Translations under genes and position numbers: made by a program
Notes under the pieces: model-generated
Databases searched by the model: none
Told to the model about the DNA's origin: nothing
Seen by the model: only the letters and a program-made list of their open reading frames with translations
Part shown: positions 47,950-57,769 of the stretch, piece after piece
How positions within the stretch are numbered: the first letter of the stretch is position 1
Layout of the letters: each line of letters begins with the position of its first letter
NCBI GenBank assembly: GCA_041649475.1
Contig: JBAZNA010000001.1
Coordinates: 264,612 to 328,611, forward strand
Reading direction: 5' to 3'
Length of the DNA: 64,000 bases
Source of the DNA: Patescibacteria group bacterium
Lineage (GTDB): Bacteria > Patescibacteriota > Patescibacteriia > Magasanikbacterales > GWA2-37-8

Positions 47950-48954
47950 ATGCCTAAAAAACAAATCATCGCTGTCCTCGGAGCCGGAAACATGGGCACA
48001 TCCATCGCCAATGTAATCGCTCAAAATGGGTATAGTGTAAATCTTTGGAACTATGAAGGCGACCCGGAACCCTTAAAGCAAATTGCCCAATTCGGCGAGA
48101 ATAAAAAATATCTGGCCGGCATAAAGTTATCAAAAAATATTAAACCGGTTTTTGATTTGGCCAAAGCTCTCAAAACCGCCAATATTGTCTTTTTTGTCGT
48201 GCCCAGTTCATTTGTGGCTGATCTTGCCAAACGAACGGTCAAACATTTAACAAAAGAAACTATTTGTGTTGACGCCTCCAAAGGTATGGATGAAAAGTCC
48301 CTGGAAATCATCCCCAATATTATCAGCGCCAGCTTGCCCAAGCATTTAAAAAACAAAGTGGCCACCATTTCCGGACCGGCGATTGCTATTGATATGGTCA
48401 AAGGCGGTTTTACAGCCATGAATATCGCTTCAAAAAATTTTAAATCAATTACAGCCGTCAAAAAAGTAATGGAAAATAAAAATCTGAAATTGATCCCAAC
48501 CAACGATATTATCGGGGTTGAAGTTACGGGTTCGTTTAAAAATGTTTACGCCATTGCCATGGGCTTGTGTGACGGGTTTGGATATTCGATGAACACCAAA
48601 GCCGCCCTTTTGGTTATCGCTTTAAAAGAAATCAGCGTATTGGTTAAAAAAATGGGCGGAGAGTCCCATACGGTTTATGATCTGGCCGGCCTGGGTGATT
48701 TGGTCGGCACTGGTCTTTGCGCCACCAGCCGCAACCGGCGTTTCGGCGAACTGGTTGCCCAGGGTCTTACCAAAAATGAAGCAGTAGCCAAAGTCGGCCA
48801 AACAGTTGAAGGTATAAAGGCCAGCCAGACGCTTTATAAACTCAATAAAAGATATAAGATAAAATCTCCGTTTGCGGAAATGGTCTACAAAATAGTTTCC
48901 GGCGTTGCTTCGCCCAAATCTGCTTTGGAAAAATTTTTACAAAATATCAAATAA
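47950..48954 (+). CDS. gpsA: NAD(P)H-dependent glycerol-3-phosphate dehydrogenase
   Basis: IAVLGAGNMGTSIA Rossmann motif and the GpsA C-terminal domain pattern (G...NRRFG..L..G). Confidence 0.9.
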   Translation: MPKKQIIAVLGAGNMGTSIANVIAQNGYSVNLWNYEGDPEPLKQIAQFGENKKYLAGIKLSKNIKPVFDLAKALKTANIVFFVVPSSFVADLAKRTVKHLTKETICVDASKGMDEKSLEIIPNIISASLPKHLKNKVATISGPAIAIDMVKGGFTAMNIASKNFKSITAVKKVMENKNLKLIPTNDIIGVEVTGSFKNVYAIAMGLCDGFGYSMNTKAALLVIALKEISVLVKKMGGESHTVYDLAGLGDLVGTGLCATSRNRRFGELVAQGLTKNEAVAKVGQTVEGIKASQTLYKLNKRYKIKSPFAEMVYKIVSGVASPKSALEKFLQNIK

Positions 48955-48958
48955 TTAA

Positions 48959-50680
48959 ATGCGAGCCAAGACGGAAGACAAATCATTACGCGTAATTTCG
49001 GTACTTTTTTTAGTAATCGCCATAGGTGTGGCGGTCCGGCTTTTTGTTTTGCAAATTGTTGAATACCAATATTACTCAACCCTGGCCTTAAACAGCCACG
49101 AAATTTATAAACAGCTTTTTCCAACCAGAGGCAATATTTATATTCAGGATACGCGCAATCATACCGAATATCCTTTAGCCATTAATCGACCGTATTATTT
49201 ATTATACGCCGTACCCAGGGATATATTAGCGGGAGAAATTAGTTCCACCACTAATTTTTTGGCGAATTTGTTACAGCTCCCGCCGGAGAAAAAAATCGTT
49301 ATTCAGGAAAAATTATCCAAATCCAATGATTTGTATGAAACGCTTGCCCGGAAGGTATCGGATGAAAATATTGATAAAATCAGCAGCGCCAACATCAAAG
49401 GAATAAATTACTCCAGCCAACAGTTCAGGTATTATCCGGAGCAAAATTTGGCGGCCAATGTGGTTGGTTTTGTCGGGTCTGATGTTGCCGGTAATTTAGT
49501 CGGCAATTATGGGATTGAAGGTTTTTGGGAAAAAGAATTGGCCGGTAAAAGCGGTTTTCTGTCCGGCGAGCAAGGCGCGCTCGGCAGTTGGATATCTTTG
49601 GCCGGGCGCACCATTCACCATGCGCAGGACGGGGATAGTTTGCTTTTGACTATAGATCGCACTTTGGAGTATAAGTCCTGTGAGAGGTTGCGACAGGGGT
49701 TTGAAGAATATAAGGCGAAAAGCGCGACGTTGATTATTATGGAGCCGTCAACCGGCGCGATTCTAAGCATGTGCAGTTTGCCGGATTTTGACCCGAATAA
49801 TTACGGGCAAGCGACTGATCTGGCCGCGTATAACAATACGGCTGTTTTCACTCCTTATGAGCCCGGTTCGGTTTTTAAACCAATCGCCATGGCCGCGGCG
49901 CTGGATTTGGGAGTGGTTAGCCCGGATACAACCTATGTGGATACCGGAGAGAGGATTATAGATGATTATAAAATTCATAACGCCTTGAATAAAAAATACG
50001 GGCTCGCGACCATGACCAATGTGCTTGAAAATTCTATAAATACCGGTATGATTTTTGTGGAAGAAAAATTGGGCCGTGAAAATTTTAAAAATTACGTGGA
50101 AAAATTTGGTTTTGGCAAAGAAACCGGCATAGAGCTGGACACGGAAACAAGCGGTGACATTTCCTCTTTCAGTAAGAGAGCGGCTATCTATTACGCCAAC
50201 GGCGCTTTTGGCCAAGGGTTTACTGCCACTCCGCTTCAGCTGGTGACCGCTTACGCGGCTTTAGCTAACAATGGTAAATTGCCGAAGCCATACATCGTTT
50301 CGCAAATCAGGCACGCTGACGGCCAAGTGGAAAAAACCGAGCCGCGGATAGTGGAGAATGTGATCTCGCCGCGCGCCGACCAATTAATAACCGGTATGCT
50401 CACTTCGGTAGTTGAAAAGACCTATAAAAATGTGGCCAAAATCCCCGGATATTATATCGCCGCCAAAACCGGCACGGCGCAAATCGCCCAGGGCGGAAAA
50501 TATTCCGAAGCTACAAATCATACTTTTATCGGGTATTTTCCGGCGGATAATCCGAAGTTTGTGATGGTGGTAAAGTATGAAGCGCCGGACCGGCTTTGGG
50601 CCGAACAAACAGCGGCGCCGGTCTTTAAAGACATTGCTAAATTTGCCTTGGACTATTATGGCATTCCTGCCAACAGATAA
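48959..50680 (+). CDS. Class B penicillin-binding protein (PBP2/FtsI-type transpeptidase)
   Basis: N-terminal TM segment, dimerisation domain, SxxK (GSVFKP), SxN (ENSINTG) and KTGT (AKTGTAQ). Confidence 0.85.
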   Translation: MRAKTEDKSLRVISVLFLVIAIGVAVRLFVLQIVEYQYYSTLALNSHEIYKQLFPTRGNIYIQDTRNHTEYPLAINRPYYLLYAVPRDILAGEISSTTNFLANLLQLPPEKKIVIQEKLSKSNDLYETLARKVSDENIDKISSANIKGINYSSQQFRYYPEQNLAANVVGFVGSDVAGNLVGNYGIEGFWEKELAGKSGFLSGEQGALGSWISLAGRTIHHAQDGDSLLLTIDRTLEYKSCERLRQGFEEYKAKSATLIIMEPSTGAILSMCSLPDFDPNNYGQATDLAAYNNTAVFTPYEPGSVFKPIAMAAALDLGVVSPDTTYVDTGERIIDDYKIHNALNKKYGLATMTNVLENSINTGMIFVEEKLGRENFKNYVEKFGFGKETGIELDTETSGDISSFSKRAAIYYANGAFGQGFTATPLQLVTAYAALANNGKLPKPYIVSQIRHADGQVEKTEPRIVENVISPRADQLITGMLTSVVEKTYKNVAKIPGYYIAAKTGTAQIAQGGKYSEATNHTFIGYFPADNPKFVMVVKYEAPDRLWAEQTAAPVFKDIAKFALDYYGIPANR

Positions 50681-50700
50681 ATTAATTTTTTAAATAATAT

Positions 50701-51996
50701 ATGCTTAAATCAATTGTAATCTATTTCCTACGGGCGATTTCCAAAAAGATTTTGAAAAAATATAAACCGGATGTGGTCGGTATCACCGGTTCGGTGGGCA
50801 AAACCTCGGCCAAAGAGGCGGTCGCCGCCGTGCTTTCCAGCCAATTTTCCGTGCGCCGGAGCGTAAAGAATTATAACAACGAAATTGGTTTGCCCCTCTC
50901 CATCATCGGCGCGAACGAATCAGCCGGAAAATCCGTGCCGGGGTGGCTGGCTATTATTTTTAAAGGTTTGAAGTTATTATTTTCCAGGGATAAAAATTAT
51001 CCGGAAATTTTGGTTTTGGAAATGGGAGCCGACAAGCCGGGCGACATTGAATATCTGGTTGATATCGCGCCCTGCAAGGTGGGCGTGCTGACTTTTATTT
51101 CTCACGCGCACACTGAATTTTTTAAGACCATAAAAAAGATCGCCCAGGAAAAAAGAATTATAATTTCGCATCTGCGGCAGGATGGTTTTGCGGTTTTAAA
51201 TTATGACAGCGAACTGGTGATGCAAAATGCCGGCGCGACTAAGGCGGAGGTTGTCACCTATGGTTTTAGAGAAGGCGCGGATTTGCGCGCCACCGAAATA
51301 AATGTCATTAAGGACGACGCGAGCGCCTGGCCGACGGGTCTGAATTTTAAAATAGTATACAAAGGAAACGTGGTGCCGGTATATTTGCCGGGAGCCATTG
51401 CTAAGCCCCTGATATCAGCGGCTTTGGCCGGACTGGCGGTTGGCAATGTGTTTGGGATTAATTTGGTGGAAGGCGCCCAGGCCTTGGGTTCGCTTGAACC
51501 GCTCTCGGGTCACATGCGTCTGATACCGGGTATAAAAAATACTTTAATTATAGATGACACCTATAATTCCAGCCCGGAAGCCGTCAAATCAGCGCTGGAT
51601 GCATTGTCTCAAATAAGCGTCAAAGAAGGCAACAAGCGCTTTGTGGCTTTGGGAGATATGCTTGAACTTGGGTCTGAAACCGAGAACGCGCATCGTGAAA
51701 TCGGTTTTAAGGTGGCTGAATTGGGCATAAATTATTTAATTACCATAGGCGAGGCGGCCAAGCATATTGCCGCCGCGGCCCGCGAAGCCGGCATAAACGG
51801 AGATCAGATCGCCAGTTTTGATAACAGCGCGGCCGCCGGTAAATTTTTGCAGGAAAAATTGGCAAGCGGAGATGTGGTTTTAATCAAGGGCTCGCAAAGC
51901 ATCAGGATGGAAAAAATGGTCAAAGAGGTTATGGCCGAGCCGTTATTGGCTGAAAAACTTTTGGTGCGCCAGGGCAAGGAGTGGCAGAATAAATAA
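50701..51996 (+). CDS. murF: UDP-N-acetylmuramoyl-tripeptide--D-alanyl-D-alanine ligase
   Basis: ITGSVGKTS P-loop and Mur ligase central and C-terminal domains. Confidence 0.85.
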   Translation: MLKSIVIYFLRAISKKILKKYKPDVVGITGSVGKTSAKEAVAAVLSSQFSVRRSVKNYNNEIGLPLSIIGANESAGKSVPGWLAIIFKGLKLLFSRDKNYPEILVLEMGADKPGDIEYLVDIAPCKVGVLTFISHAHTEFFKTIKKIAQEKRIIISHLRQDGFAVLNYDSELVMQNAGATKAEVVTYGFREGADLRATEINVIKDDASAWPTGLNFKIVYKGNVVPVYLPGAIAKPLISAALAGLAVGNVFGINLVEGAQALGSLEPLSGHMRLIPGIKNTLIIDDTYNSSPEAVKSALDALSQISVKEGNKRFVALGDMLELGSETENAHREIGFKVAELGINYLITIGEAAKHIAAAAREAGINGDQIASFDNSAAAGKFLQEKLASGDVVLIKGSQSIRMEKMVKEVMAEPLLAEKLLVRQGKEWQNK

Positions 51997-52008
51997 TCAA
52001 ATAGCGAT

Positions 52009-52821
52009 ATGCCGGAGTTGCCGGAAGTGGAAACAATCAGAAGGGGACTGGCGAAGAGTGTTTTGCATAAAAGCATTTCCGGTGTTATGGTGATAAACAG
52101 CCAGCCGATTCGCGGCAACAAAAATACTTTTGCCAATACTTTGAAAAATCAAAAGATAGAAGATATTGGCCGAATCGGCAAACTGTTGATTTTTAAATTA
52201 TCCGGTGGGAAGTATTTGCTGATTCATTTGAAAATGACCGGCCAGCTGATATATGGAAAAGATCTGCCCACAAAATATACCCGGGTAATCTGGAATTTCA
52301 AAGATAAGTCCAAGTTGTATTTTAACGACATGAGAAAGTTCGGATATTTGGAAATTGTTGATCAAAAAACTAAAGACAAGATCGTGAGTAAATACGGCAT
52401 AGAGCCGCTCGCAAAAAATTTCACCTTGCCGAATTTTAAAATAGCCATTGATAAAAGAAAAGCGCCGATTAAAGCCGTACTGCTTAATCAACAGCTGATC
52501 GCCGGCATCGGCAATATCTATGCCGATGAAATTTGTTTTGCAGCCGAGGTAATGCCCAGCCGGCCGGTGCACAAACTCCGTGAAGAAGAAATAAAAAAAT
52601 TATACAAAAGCGCTCAAAAAATTATAAAGGAAGCCATTCTCCACGGCGGAACCACCTTTAAAGATTATGTAAACGCCCACGGCGCCAAAGGGACCCATAC
52701 GGACTATTTGCAGGTTTATAAACGCGCCGGAGAAAAATGCTTGCGTTGCCGGAAGGGAATTGTTACAGTAAAAAGAGTCGGGGGCAGAGGAACGCATTTT
52801 TGCCCGGTTTGTCAGAAGTAG
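52009..52821 (+). CDS. mutM: Formamidopyrimidine-DNA glycosylase
   Basis: N-terminal MPELPEVE (catalytic Pro2/Glu3), H2TH region, and C-terminal zinc finger CLRC...CPVCQ. Confidence 0.9.
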   Translation: MPELPEVETIRRGLAKSVLHKSISGVMVINSQPIRGNKNTFANTLKNQKIEDIGRIGKLLIFKLSGGKYLLIHLKMTGQLIYGKDLPTKYTRVIWNFKDKSKLYFNDMRKFGYLEIVDQKTKDKIVSKYGIEPLAKNFTLPNFKIAIDKRKAPIKAVLLNQQLIAGIGNIYADEICFAAEVMPSRPVHKLREEEIKKLYKSAQKIIKEAILHGGTTFKDYVNAHGAKGTHTDYLQVYKRAGEKCLRCRKGIVTVKRVGGRGTHFCPVCQK

Positions 52822-52847
52822 CTTATTAATTTAACCGCACATAATAT

Positions 52848-53432
52848 ATGATGAAATTTGAACTACCAAAATTAGAATATTCGTTTGACGCGTTAGAGCC
52901 GTTTATTGACGCCAAAACCATGGAAATACATTATTCCAAGCACCACCAGGCCTATTTGGATAAGTTTAACGCCGTGCTTGCTAAGTATCCGGATTTAAAT
53001 TACGAATCGGCCGAAGCCATACTTAAAGACCTGACAAATTTGCCGGTCGGCGAGGAAGACAAAAAAATAATTAAAAATTTCGGCGGCGGATATGTAAACC
53101 ACAGTTTGTATTGGAAAATAATGGCTCCGAAAAAAGAAATTGACCAAAAGCTGATCGCTGATATAGAAACGGATTTTGGCGGAGTGGAAAATTTTAAAGC
53201 CGAATTCAGCAAAATTTCAACCGCTCATTTTGGCAGCGGCTGGGCGTGGCTTGTCAGAAGCGGAGACAATAAACTCAAAATATACTCATTGCCAAACCAG
53301 GATTCGCCGCTCTCTTTAGGAGACGAACCGATAGCGACCATAGATCTGTGGGAGCATGCTTACTACTTAAAATATCAGAACCGCCGAGCAGAGTATATTG
53401 AAAATTGGTGGAATGTGCTAAAATTAATGTAG
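52848..53432 (+). CDS. Fe/Mn superoxide dismutase
   Basis: LP.L.Y...LEP.I...TMEIHYSKHHQ.Y and C-terminal D.WEHAYY metal-ligand motifs. Confidence 0.9.
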   Translation: MMKFELPKLEYSFDALEPFIDAKTMEIHYSKHHQAYLDKFNAVLAKYPDLNYESAEAILKDLTNLPVGEEDKKIIKNFGGGYVNHSLYWKIMAPKKEIDQKLIADIETDFGGVENFKAEFSKISTAHFGSGWAWLVRSGDNKLKIYSLPNQDSPLSLGDEPIATIDLWEHAYYLKYQNRRAEYIENWWNVLKLM

Positions 53433-53453
53433 GCAGTTATTAAAAAGCCGTCT

Positions 53454-53897
53454 ATGAATGAGAAGGCCAAAAAATTTGTGCTACCTCTTGATTTGAACGA
53501 ACCAAGTGATTTTGATATTCTGTCGTCTTTGCAGTCGGCCAAAGCCGTTTTTGAGGAGCGTCAGTTTGAAGGACAATTAAGCGTTGATGTGGCGCAAACA
53601 GCCGAAGAGCTGGTGGTTCTGGCCACGATGGCCGGCACGGCTCCGGATAAAATTGAACTGCATCTCAACAACGACCTTTTAACCATCAGAGGCGAACGCA
53701 CCCCGCCTTTGGATTTGGATGCCGAGTATTTTTATAAAGAATGTTTCTGGGGAAAGTTTTCACGCACAATCGTTTTGCCGGTGGAGGTGAAAGCCGATTC
53801 GGTGCAAGCCCAATATAAAAATGGAGTTTTAATAATCAGGTTGCCGAAGGCGGCTGCCGGCAAAAGTGAGATTCCGATAATGGTGATTGACGAATAA
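53454..53897 (+). CDS. Hsp20/alpha-crystallin-family small heat-shock protein
   Basis: Alpha-crystallin domain pattern (L.I.GER......F.R...LP..V.....A.Y.NGVL.I.LPK). Confidence 0.8.
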   Translation: MNEKAKKFVLPLDLNEPSDFDILSSLQSAKAVFEERQFEGQLSVDVAQTAEELVVLATMAGTAPDKIELHLNNDLLTIRGERTPPLDLDAEYFYKECFWGKFSRTIVLPVEVKADSVQAQYKNGVLIIRLPKAAAGKSEIPIMVIDE

Positions 53898-53899
53898 GT

Positions 53900-55807
53900 A
53901 TGTTCGTACAAGATATATTTGCGAAGAAATGGTTTAAATATAGTTTGATTTCCCTGGGGGCTGTTTTGGTTTTAGCCGTCCTGTTTTTTGGTTTCGCTTT
54001 TTGCTATAACCAATTTTATCAAGACAAAATTTATCCGAGTGTCTATGTTGGCAGTTATTCTTTGGGCGGAATGACCAGACAGGAAGCCAGGGATTTTGTT
54101 GAAAATTTTAATAACAGAATTGCCAGAGAGGGCGTGGGCTTTACTTATCAATCTGCCGACGGCCCCAAACAATTACAGCTTAATACCGTATCCGCCGATG
54201 ACAGTTCAGTGGAACTTGTACGCATAGACGGCGAGGGCGTGGTGGCCGCGGCTATGAGCCAGGGCCGGGGCGGATCGTTTTTAAATAATTTTTTTGGACC
54301 GGTAATAATCAAATTGTTTTCGCCGCGGGTTATTAGCGCCAAAGTAACAATTGAACAAAAGTTTAAAGATATTTTAAACAGCGCGCTTACAGAGATCAGC
54401 GATAAGCCGCATAATGCCAACATCAAAATAACATCAACGTTGCCGACGGTAAAATACGAGGTCATTCCCGAAAGTAACGGCATGGTTTTTAACTACAACA
54501 AAGCCGTCGCGGATATTACCGGCAGTTTATCCCGGCTGACATTAGTTCCGATTGCGCTGACTAAGGAAGAATTTAAGCCGAATATTTTAACCGCCGATGT
54601 GGCTTCGATTTTGCCGAAAATTGACAGTGTGATCGGTTATGGGGATTTGAATTTAAATTATGTTGATTCACAGACAAAAGAATTGAAAAGTTGGAATGTA
54701 ACGCCGGATGTATTTGCGCGCTGGATTGAGGTGAGCAAGGATGAAAACGGCAACAATGTATTTGCTTTAAATAAAGAGACCGTGGAAACCTACCTGGAAA
54801 CACTGCGTCCTTTCATTGACACTCCGGCCCAAAATGCCAAATTTGTGGTTCAAAATGATAAAGTGCAGGAATTTCAGGCCAGTCAAAGCGGCGTTACTTT
54901 AAATGCCGAAAAAACTTATAATGATTTAAATACGGTTTTTGAAGATCGCAATTATGGGTCGTCGGAGTTGGTTAAGACGATTACCGTTTCAACTGACATG
55001 GCTGATCCGGATGTGCAGATTGCGGATGTTAATAATTTAGGCATATCAGATGTGATTGGGGTTGGCATTTCTACATTCAAAGACAGTCACACCAATAGGA
55101 TCAAAAATATTGCCAATGCTGTAAAACGACTAAACGGCACCCTGATAAAACCGGGAGAAGTTTTTTCCGCAAATAAATATGCCGGACCCTACACCAGAGA
55201 AAACGGATTCTTGCCGGAGCAAGTGATAAAAGGGGATAAGATATTGCCGGAGGTTGGCGGCGGCATGTGCCAGATCGGCACCACTCTGTTTAGAATGGCC
55301 ATGAACTCGGGAATGCAGATTACGGAAAGAAGAAATCATTCTTTGGTGGTTTCCTATTATGCTGATCCGGTAAACGGCAACCCGGGTACGGACGCAACTT
55401 TGTATGATCCGGATTTGGATTTGAAATTTATAAATGACACCGGAAATTATTTGTTGTTGTCAACTGATATTAATTATACCAAACAGCAGCTCACCTTTAC
55501 CCTGTGGGGTAAAAGCGACGGTCGCAAGGGCTGGTATACGCATCCGATTGTCAGCCGATGGATTTCCGCCGGCGAACCGAGAATAATAACCGTCACGGAC
55601 GGCAGTTTGAAACCGGGCCAAGAGTCATGCCAGGGCGCGTTTAGAGGCGCAGTGGCCAGTTTCACTTATAGCCGCATTACTTCCAGCAGTGAAAAAATTG
55701 ATCGGGTATTTGAAAGTTATTACCGGCCTTTGCCGAAGATTTGTCTGGTTGGAGCCGAGCCGGATGTTAATACAAACACCCCCGGCGTAGCGCCAGGGGT
55801 GTTATAA
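53900..55807 (+). CDS. VanW-family protein (N-terminal TM, C-terminal VanW domain)
   Basis: C-terminal GGGMCQIGTTLFRMAMNSGMQITERRNHS... is the VanW signature. Confidence 0.75.
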   Translation: MFVQDIFAKKWFKYSLISLGAVLVLAVLFFGFAFCYNQFYQDKIYPSVYVGSYSLGGMTRQEARDFVENFNNRIAREGVGFTYQSADGPKQLQLNTVSADDSSVELVRIDGEGVVAAAMSQGRGGSFLNNFFGPVIIKLFSPRVISAKVTIEQKFKDILNSALTEISDKPHNANIKITSTLPTVKYEVIPESNGMVFNYNKAVADITGSLSRLTLVPIALTKEEFKPNILTADVASILPKIDSVIGYGDLNLNYVDSQTKELKSWNVTPDVFARWIEVSKDENGNNVFALNKETVETYLETLRPFIDTPAQNAKFVVQNDKVQEFQASQSGVTLNAEKTYNDLNTVFEDRNYGSSELVKTITVSTDMADPDVQIADVNNLGISDVIGVGISTFKDSHTNRIKNIANAVKRLNGTLIKPGEVFSANKYAGPYTRENGFLPEQVIKGDKILPEVGGGMCQIGTTLFRMAMNSGMQITERRNHSLVVSYYADPVNGNPGTDATLYDPDLDLKFINDTGNYLLLSTDINYTKQQLTFTLWGKSDGRKGWYTHPIVSRWISAGEPRIITVTDGSLKPGQESCQGAFRGAVASFTYSRITSSSEKIDRVFESYYRPLPKICLVGAEPDVNTNTPGVAPGVL

Positions 55808-56062
55808 ATAGTTTGGGGGAGAATACCCCCCCTTAAAACCGCACCCAAGAAGATGTGTAACGGTAGCGAACGAGCCGAAGCCGGTTAACACCCCATTACA
55901 CACCTCCATGCTTGTCGTGGATACGGGATAATACTTACTTTTAAATCTAGCGCTGTCTGGTAAATTAAGCATTATTCCACATCCGGACAAGTCATAAGGA
56001 TCTGTTTCTGCATTAATACTGACAATTTAAGGTACGACTATTGATTCTAAAAGTAACTTCGT

Positions 56063-56091
56063 ATAATAACATACTAAATGGGTTTTGTCAA
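56063..56091 (-). promoter_or_regulatory. Candidate sigma70 promoter on the minus strand (TTGACA-17-TATTAT) downstream of the clpP terminator, pointing into a ~240-nt gene-free region
   Basis: Hexamers and spacing read directly; no CDS follows. Confidence 0.45.
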
Positions 56092-56102
56092 GGTCTGCCA
56101 AT

Positions 56103-56130
56103 AAAAATAGCCGTTTAAACGGCTATTTTT
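56103..56130. terminator. Bidirectional terminator between VanW (+) and clpP (-): palindrome ATAGCCGTTTAAACGGCTAT flanked by A5 / T5
   Basis: Read directly. Confidence 0.7.
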
Positions 56131-56146
56131 AGCTTGTTTTAGCCAA

Positions 56147-56746
56147 TTATTCAATAACCTTGTCAATTAAGCCGTAAGTGAGCGCTTCTTTTGAATCCAT
56201 AAAATAGTCCCGATCCGTGTCTTTTTCAATTTGGGTAAGGTTTTTGCCGGTATGTTTCGCCAAAATCTCATTTAGACGTTCTTTAATACGCAAAATTCTT
56301 TCGGCCCGGATCTTGATATCGCTGGCCTGTCCTTCCATGCCGCCCATAACCTGATGGATCATTATTTCCGAATTGGGCAAAGCTAATCTTTTGCCCTTGG
56401 CGCCGGCGGCTAAGAGAACCGCGGCCATGCTCGCGGCCATACCGATACAGATGGTGCTCACATCCGGTTTAATATATTGCATGGTGTCATAAATGGCCAT
56501 GCCGGCAGTGACTGACCCGCCCGGTGAATTGATATATAACTTGATATCCTTATCACTGCTTTGGTTTTCCAGAAACAAAAGCTGGGCGATTATCAGGTTG
56601 GCCACATTATCGTCTACCATTGTGCCCAAAAAGACGATTCGGTCTTGGAGCAGACGGGAGTAGATGTCAAAGGCGCGCTCGCCGTAGGAGGTCTTTTCAA
56701 TGACCGTGGGAATTAAAAACTGTGATCTAAGTTCATTGTCTTTCAT
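56147..56746 (-). CDS. clpP: ATP-dependent Clp protease proteolytic subunit
   Basis: Catalytic Ser in GMAASMAA, His and Asp in conserved context. Confidence 0.95.
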   Translation of the reverse strand: MKDNELRSQFLIPTVIEKTSYGERAFDIYSRLLQDRIVFLGTMVDDNVANLIIAQLLFLENQSSDKDIKLYINSPGGSVTAGMAIYDTMQYIKPDVSTICIGMAASMAAVLLAAGAKGKRLALPNSEIMIHQVMGGMEGQASDIKIRAERILRIKERLNEILAKHTGKNLTQIEKDTDRDYFMDSKEALTYGLIDKVIE

Positions 56747-57711
56747 ATAAGATTAGTTATTTTTATTAAAACACTTTCAATTGTTCCGTCGGTGGTGAAT
56801 CCGGCCGCTTTTTTGTGTCCGCCGCCGCCCATTTTTTTGGCCAGCAGGGAAACATCCGTGTCATCGCTGGTTGTCCGCAAACTACCTTTGATTTTACCAT
56901 CCATTGTTTCTTTAATCAACAAAGATATTTTCGTGCCGTAGAGCTTGTTTAAGAAATTAGCAATGCCATCGGCCTCAATTTCGCTGATGCCATACTCCAG
57001 GGTGTCTTTTTTGGTCAGATAAGTATAAACCAAATCCAGTCCGTCTTTTTTGGTCAGGCGATCCAAGACCACGCCCCACAGTTTTAAAGTGTTAATGCTT
57101 TTGTTGCGGATGATATAACTGTGAATTAAATTTAAATTCGCGCCCAAACGCAAGAGCTGGCTGGCCGCTATCAGTGATGACTCGGTTGTGGCCGGGTTGG
57201 AAAAATTATCAGTGTCGTTTACCAGGCCGGTTAAAAGAGATGTGGCCATGTCGCGGTTGATTTTGGCGCCGATAATTTTAAAAAAATCATAAAGGATTTC
57301 CGTGGTTGCGGCCGCCTGCGCGTTTAGCATATTTATATGCCCGTATTTTTCGTTAGTCGGGTGATGGTCTATATTTATAATCGTTGCCGCCAGCCGGGGG
57401 ATAATATCGGCCACGCCGGCATATCTCAAATCGCCGGCATCCATTATAATAATCGTATCCGCCTCGGTCAGCATATCTTTATTTTGTGAAATCAGGTCGG
57501 TGTGGTTTAGAAATTTTAATCTTTCCGGCACTTCCGTATCGCAAAATATCCGCGGTGTTTTTTTTAAAGCAAGCAAATACTGCGCCATGGCCGTCACCGA
57601 GCCAATCGCATCGCCATCGGGGTTTTGATGGGTAACCAAGGCGATTTTATTCGCCTTTTTCAAATGCTTGTCTATTTGTACGGCAGTTCCATTCATAGTA
57701 TTGTTGAACAA
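56743..57711 (-). CDS. nrnA: NrnA-type DHH/DHHA1 phosphoesterase (oligoribonuclease / pAp phosphatase)
   Basis: Intact motifs [16 protein letters not shown] and GGGH. Confidence 0.85.
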   Translation of the reverse strand: MFNNTMNGTAVQIDKHLKKANKIALVTHQNPDGDAIGSVTAMAQYLLALKKTPRIFCDTEVPERLKFLNHTDLISQNKDMLTEADTIIIMDAGDLRYAGVADIIPRLAATIINIDHHPTNEKYGHINMLNAQAAATTEILYDFFKIIGAKINRDMATSLLTGLVNDTDNFSNPATTESSLIAASQLLRLGANLNLIHSYIIRNKSINTLKLWGVVLDRLTKKDGLDLVYTYLTKKDTLEYGISEIEADGIANFLNKLYGTKISLLIKETMDGKIKGSLRTTSDDTDVSLLAKKMGGGGHKKAAGFTTDGTIESVLIKITNLI

Positions 57712-57737
57712 ATCATTATATCTTTATTATTTACCCC

Positions 57738-57765
57738 TGTCAAGATATATGGTATAATCTTGACA
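57738..57765 (+). promoter_or_regulatory. smc promoter region: extended -10 TGgTATAAT embedded in a perfect 9-bp inverted repeat TGTCAAGAT-N10-ATCTTGACA (candidate operator)
   Basis: Read directly 5-30 nt upstream of the smc ATG. Confidence 0.5.
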
Positions 57766-57769
57766 AGTT

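Noticed and set aside
55802-55990. 62-aa ORF in the gene-free region after VanW
   Set aside because: It begins with TTG, has no RBS, and lies inside the candidate ncRNA region; more likely non-coding.
56041-56067. Plus-strand TTGATT-15-TATAAT
   Set aside because: The spacer is short and the hexamers run directly into the bidirectional terminator with no downstream gene; the minus-strand reading is more plausible.
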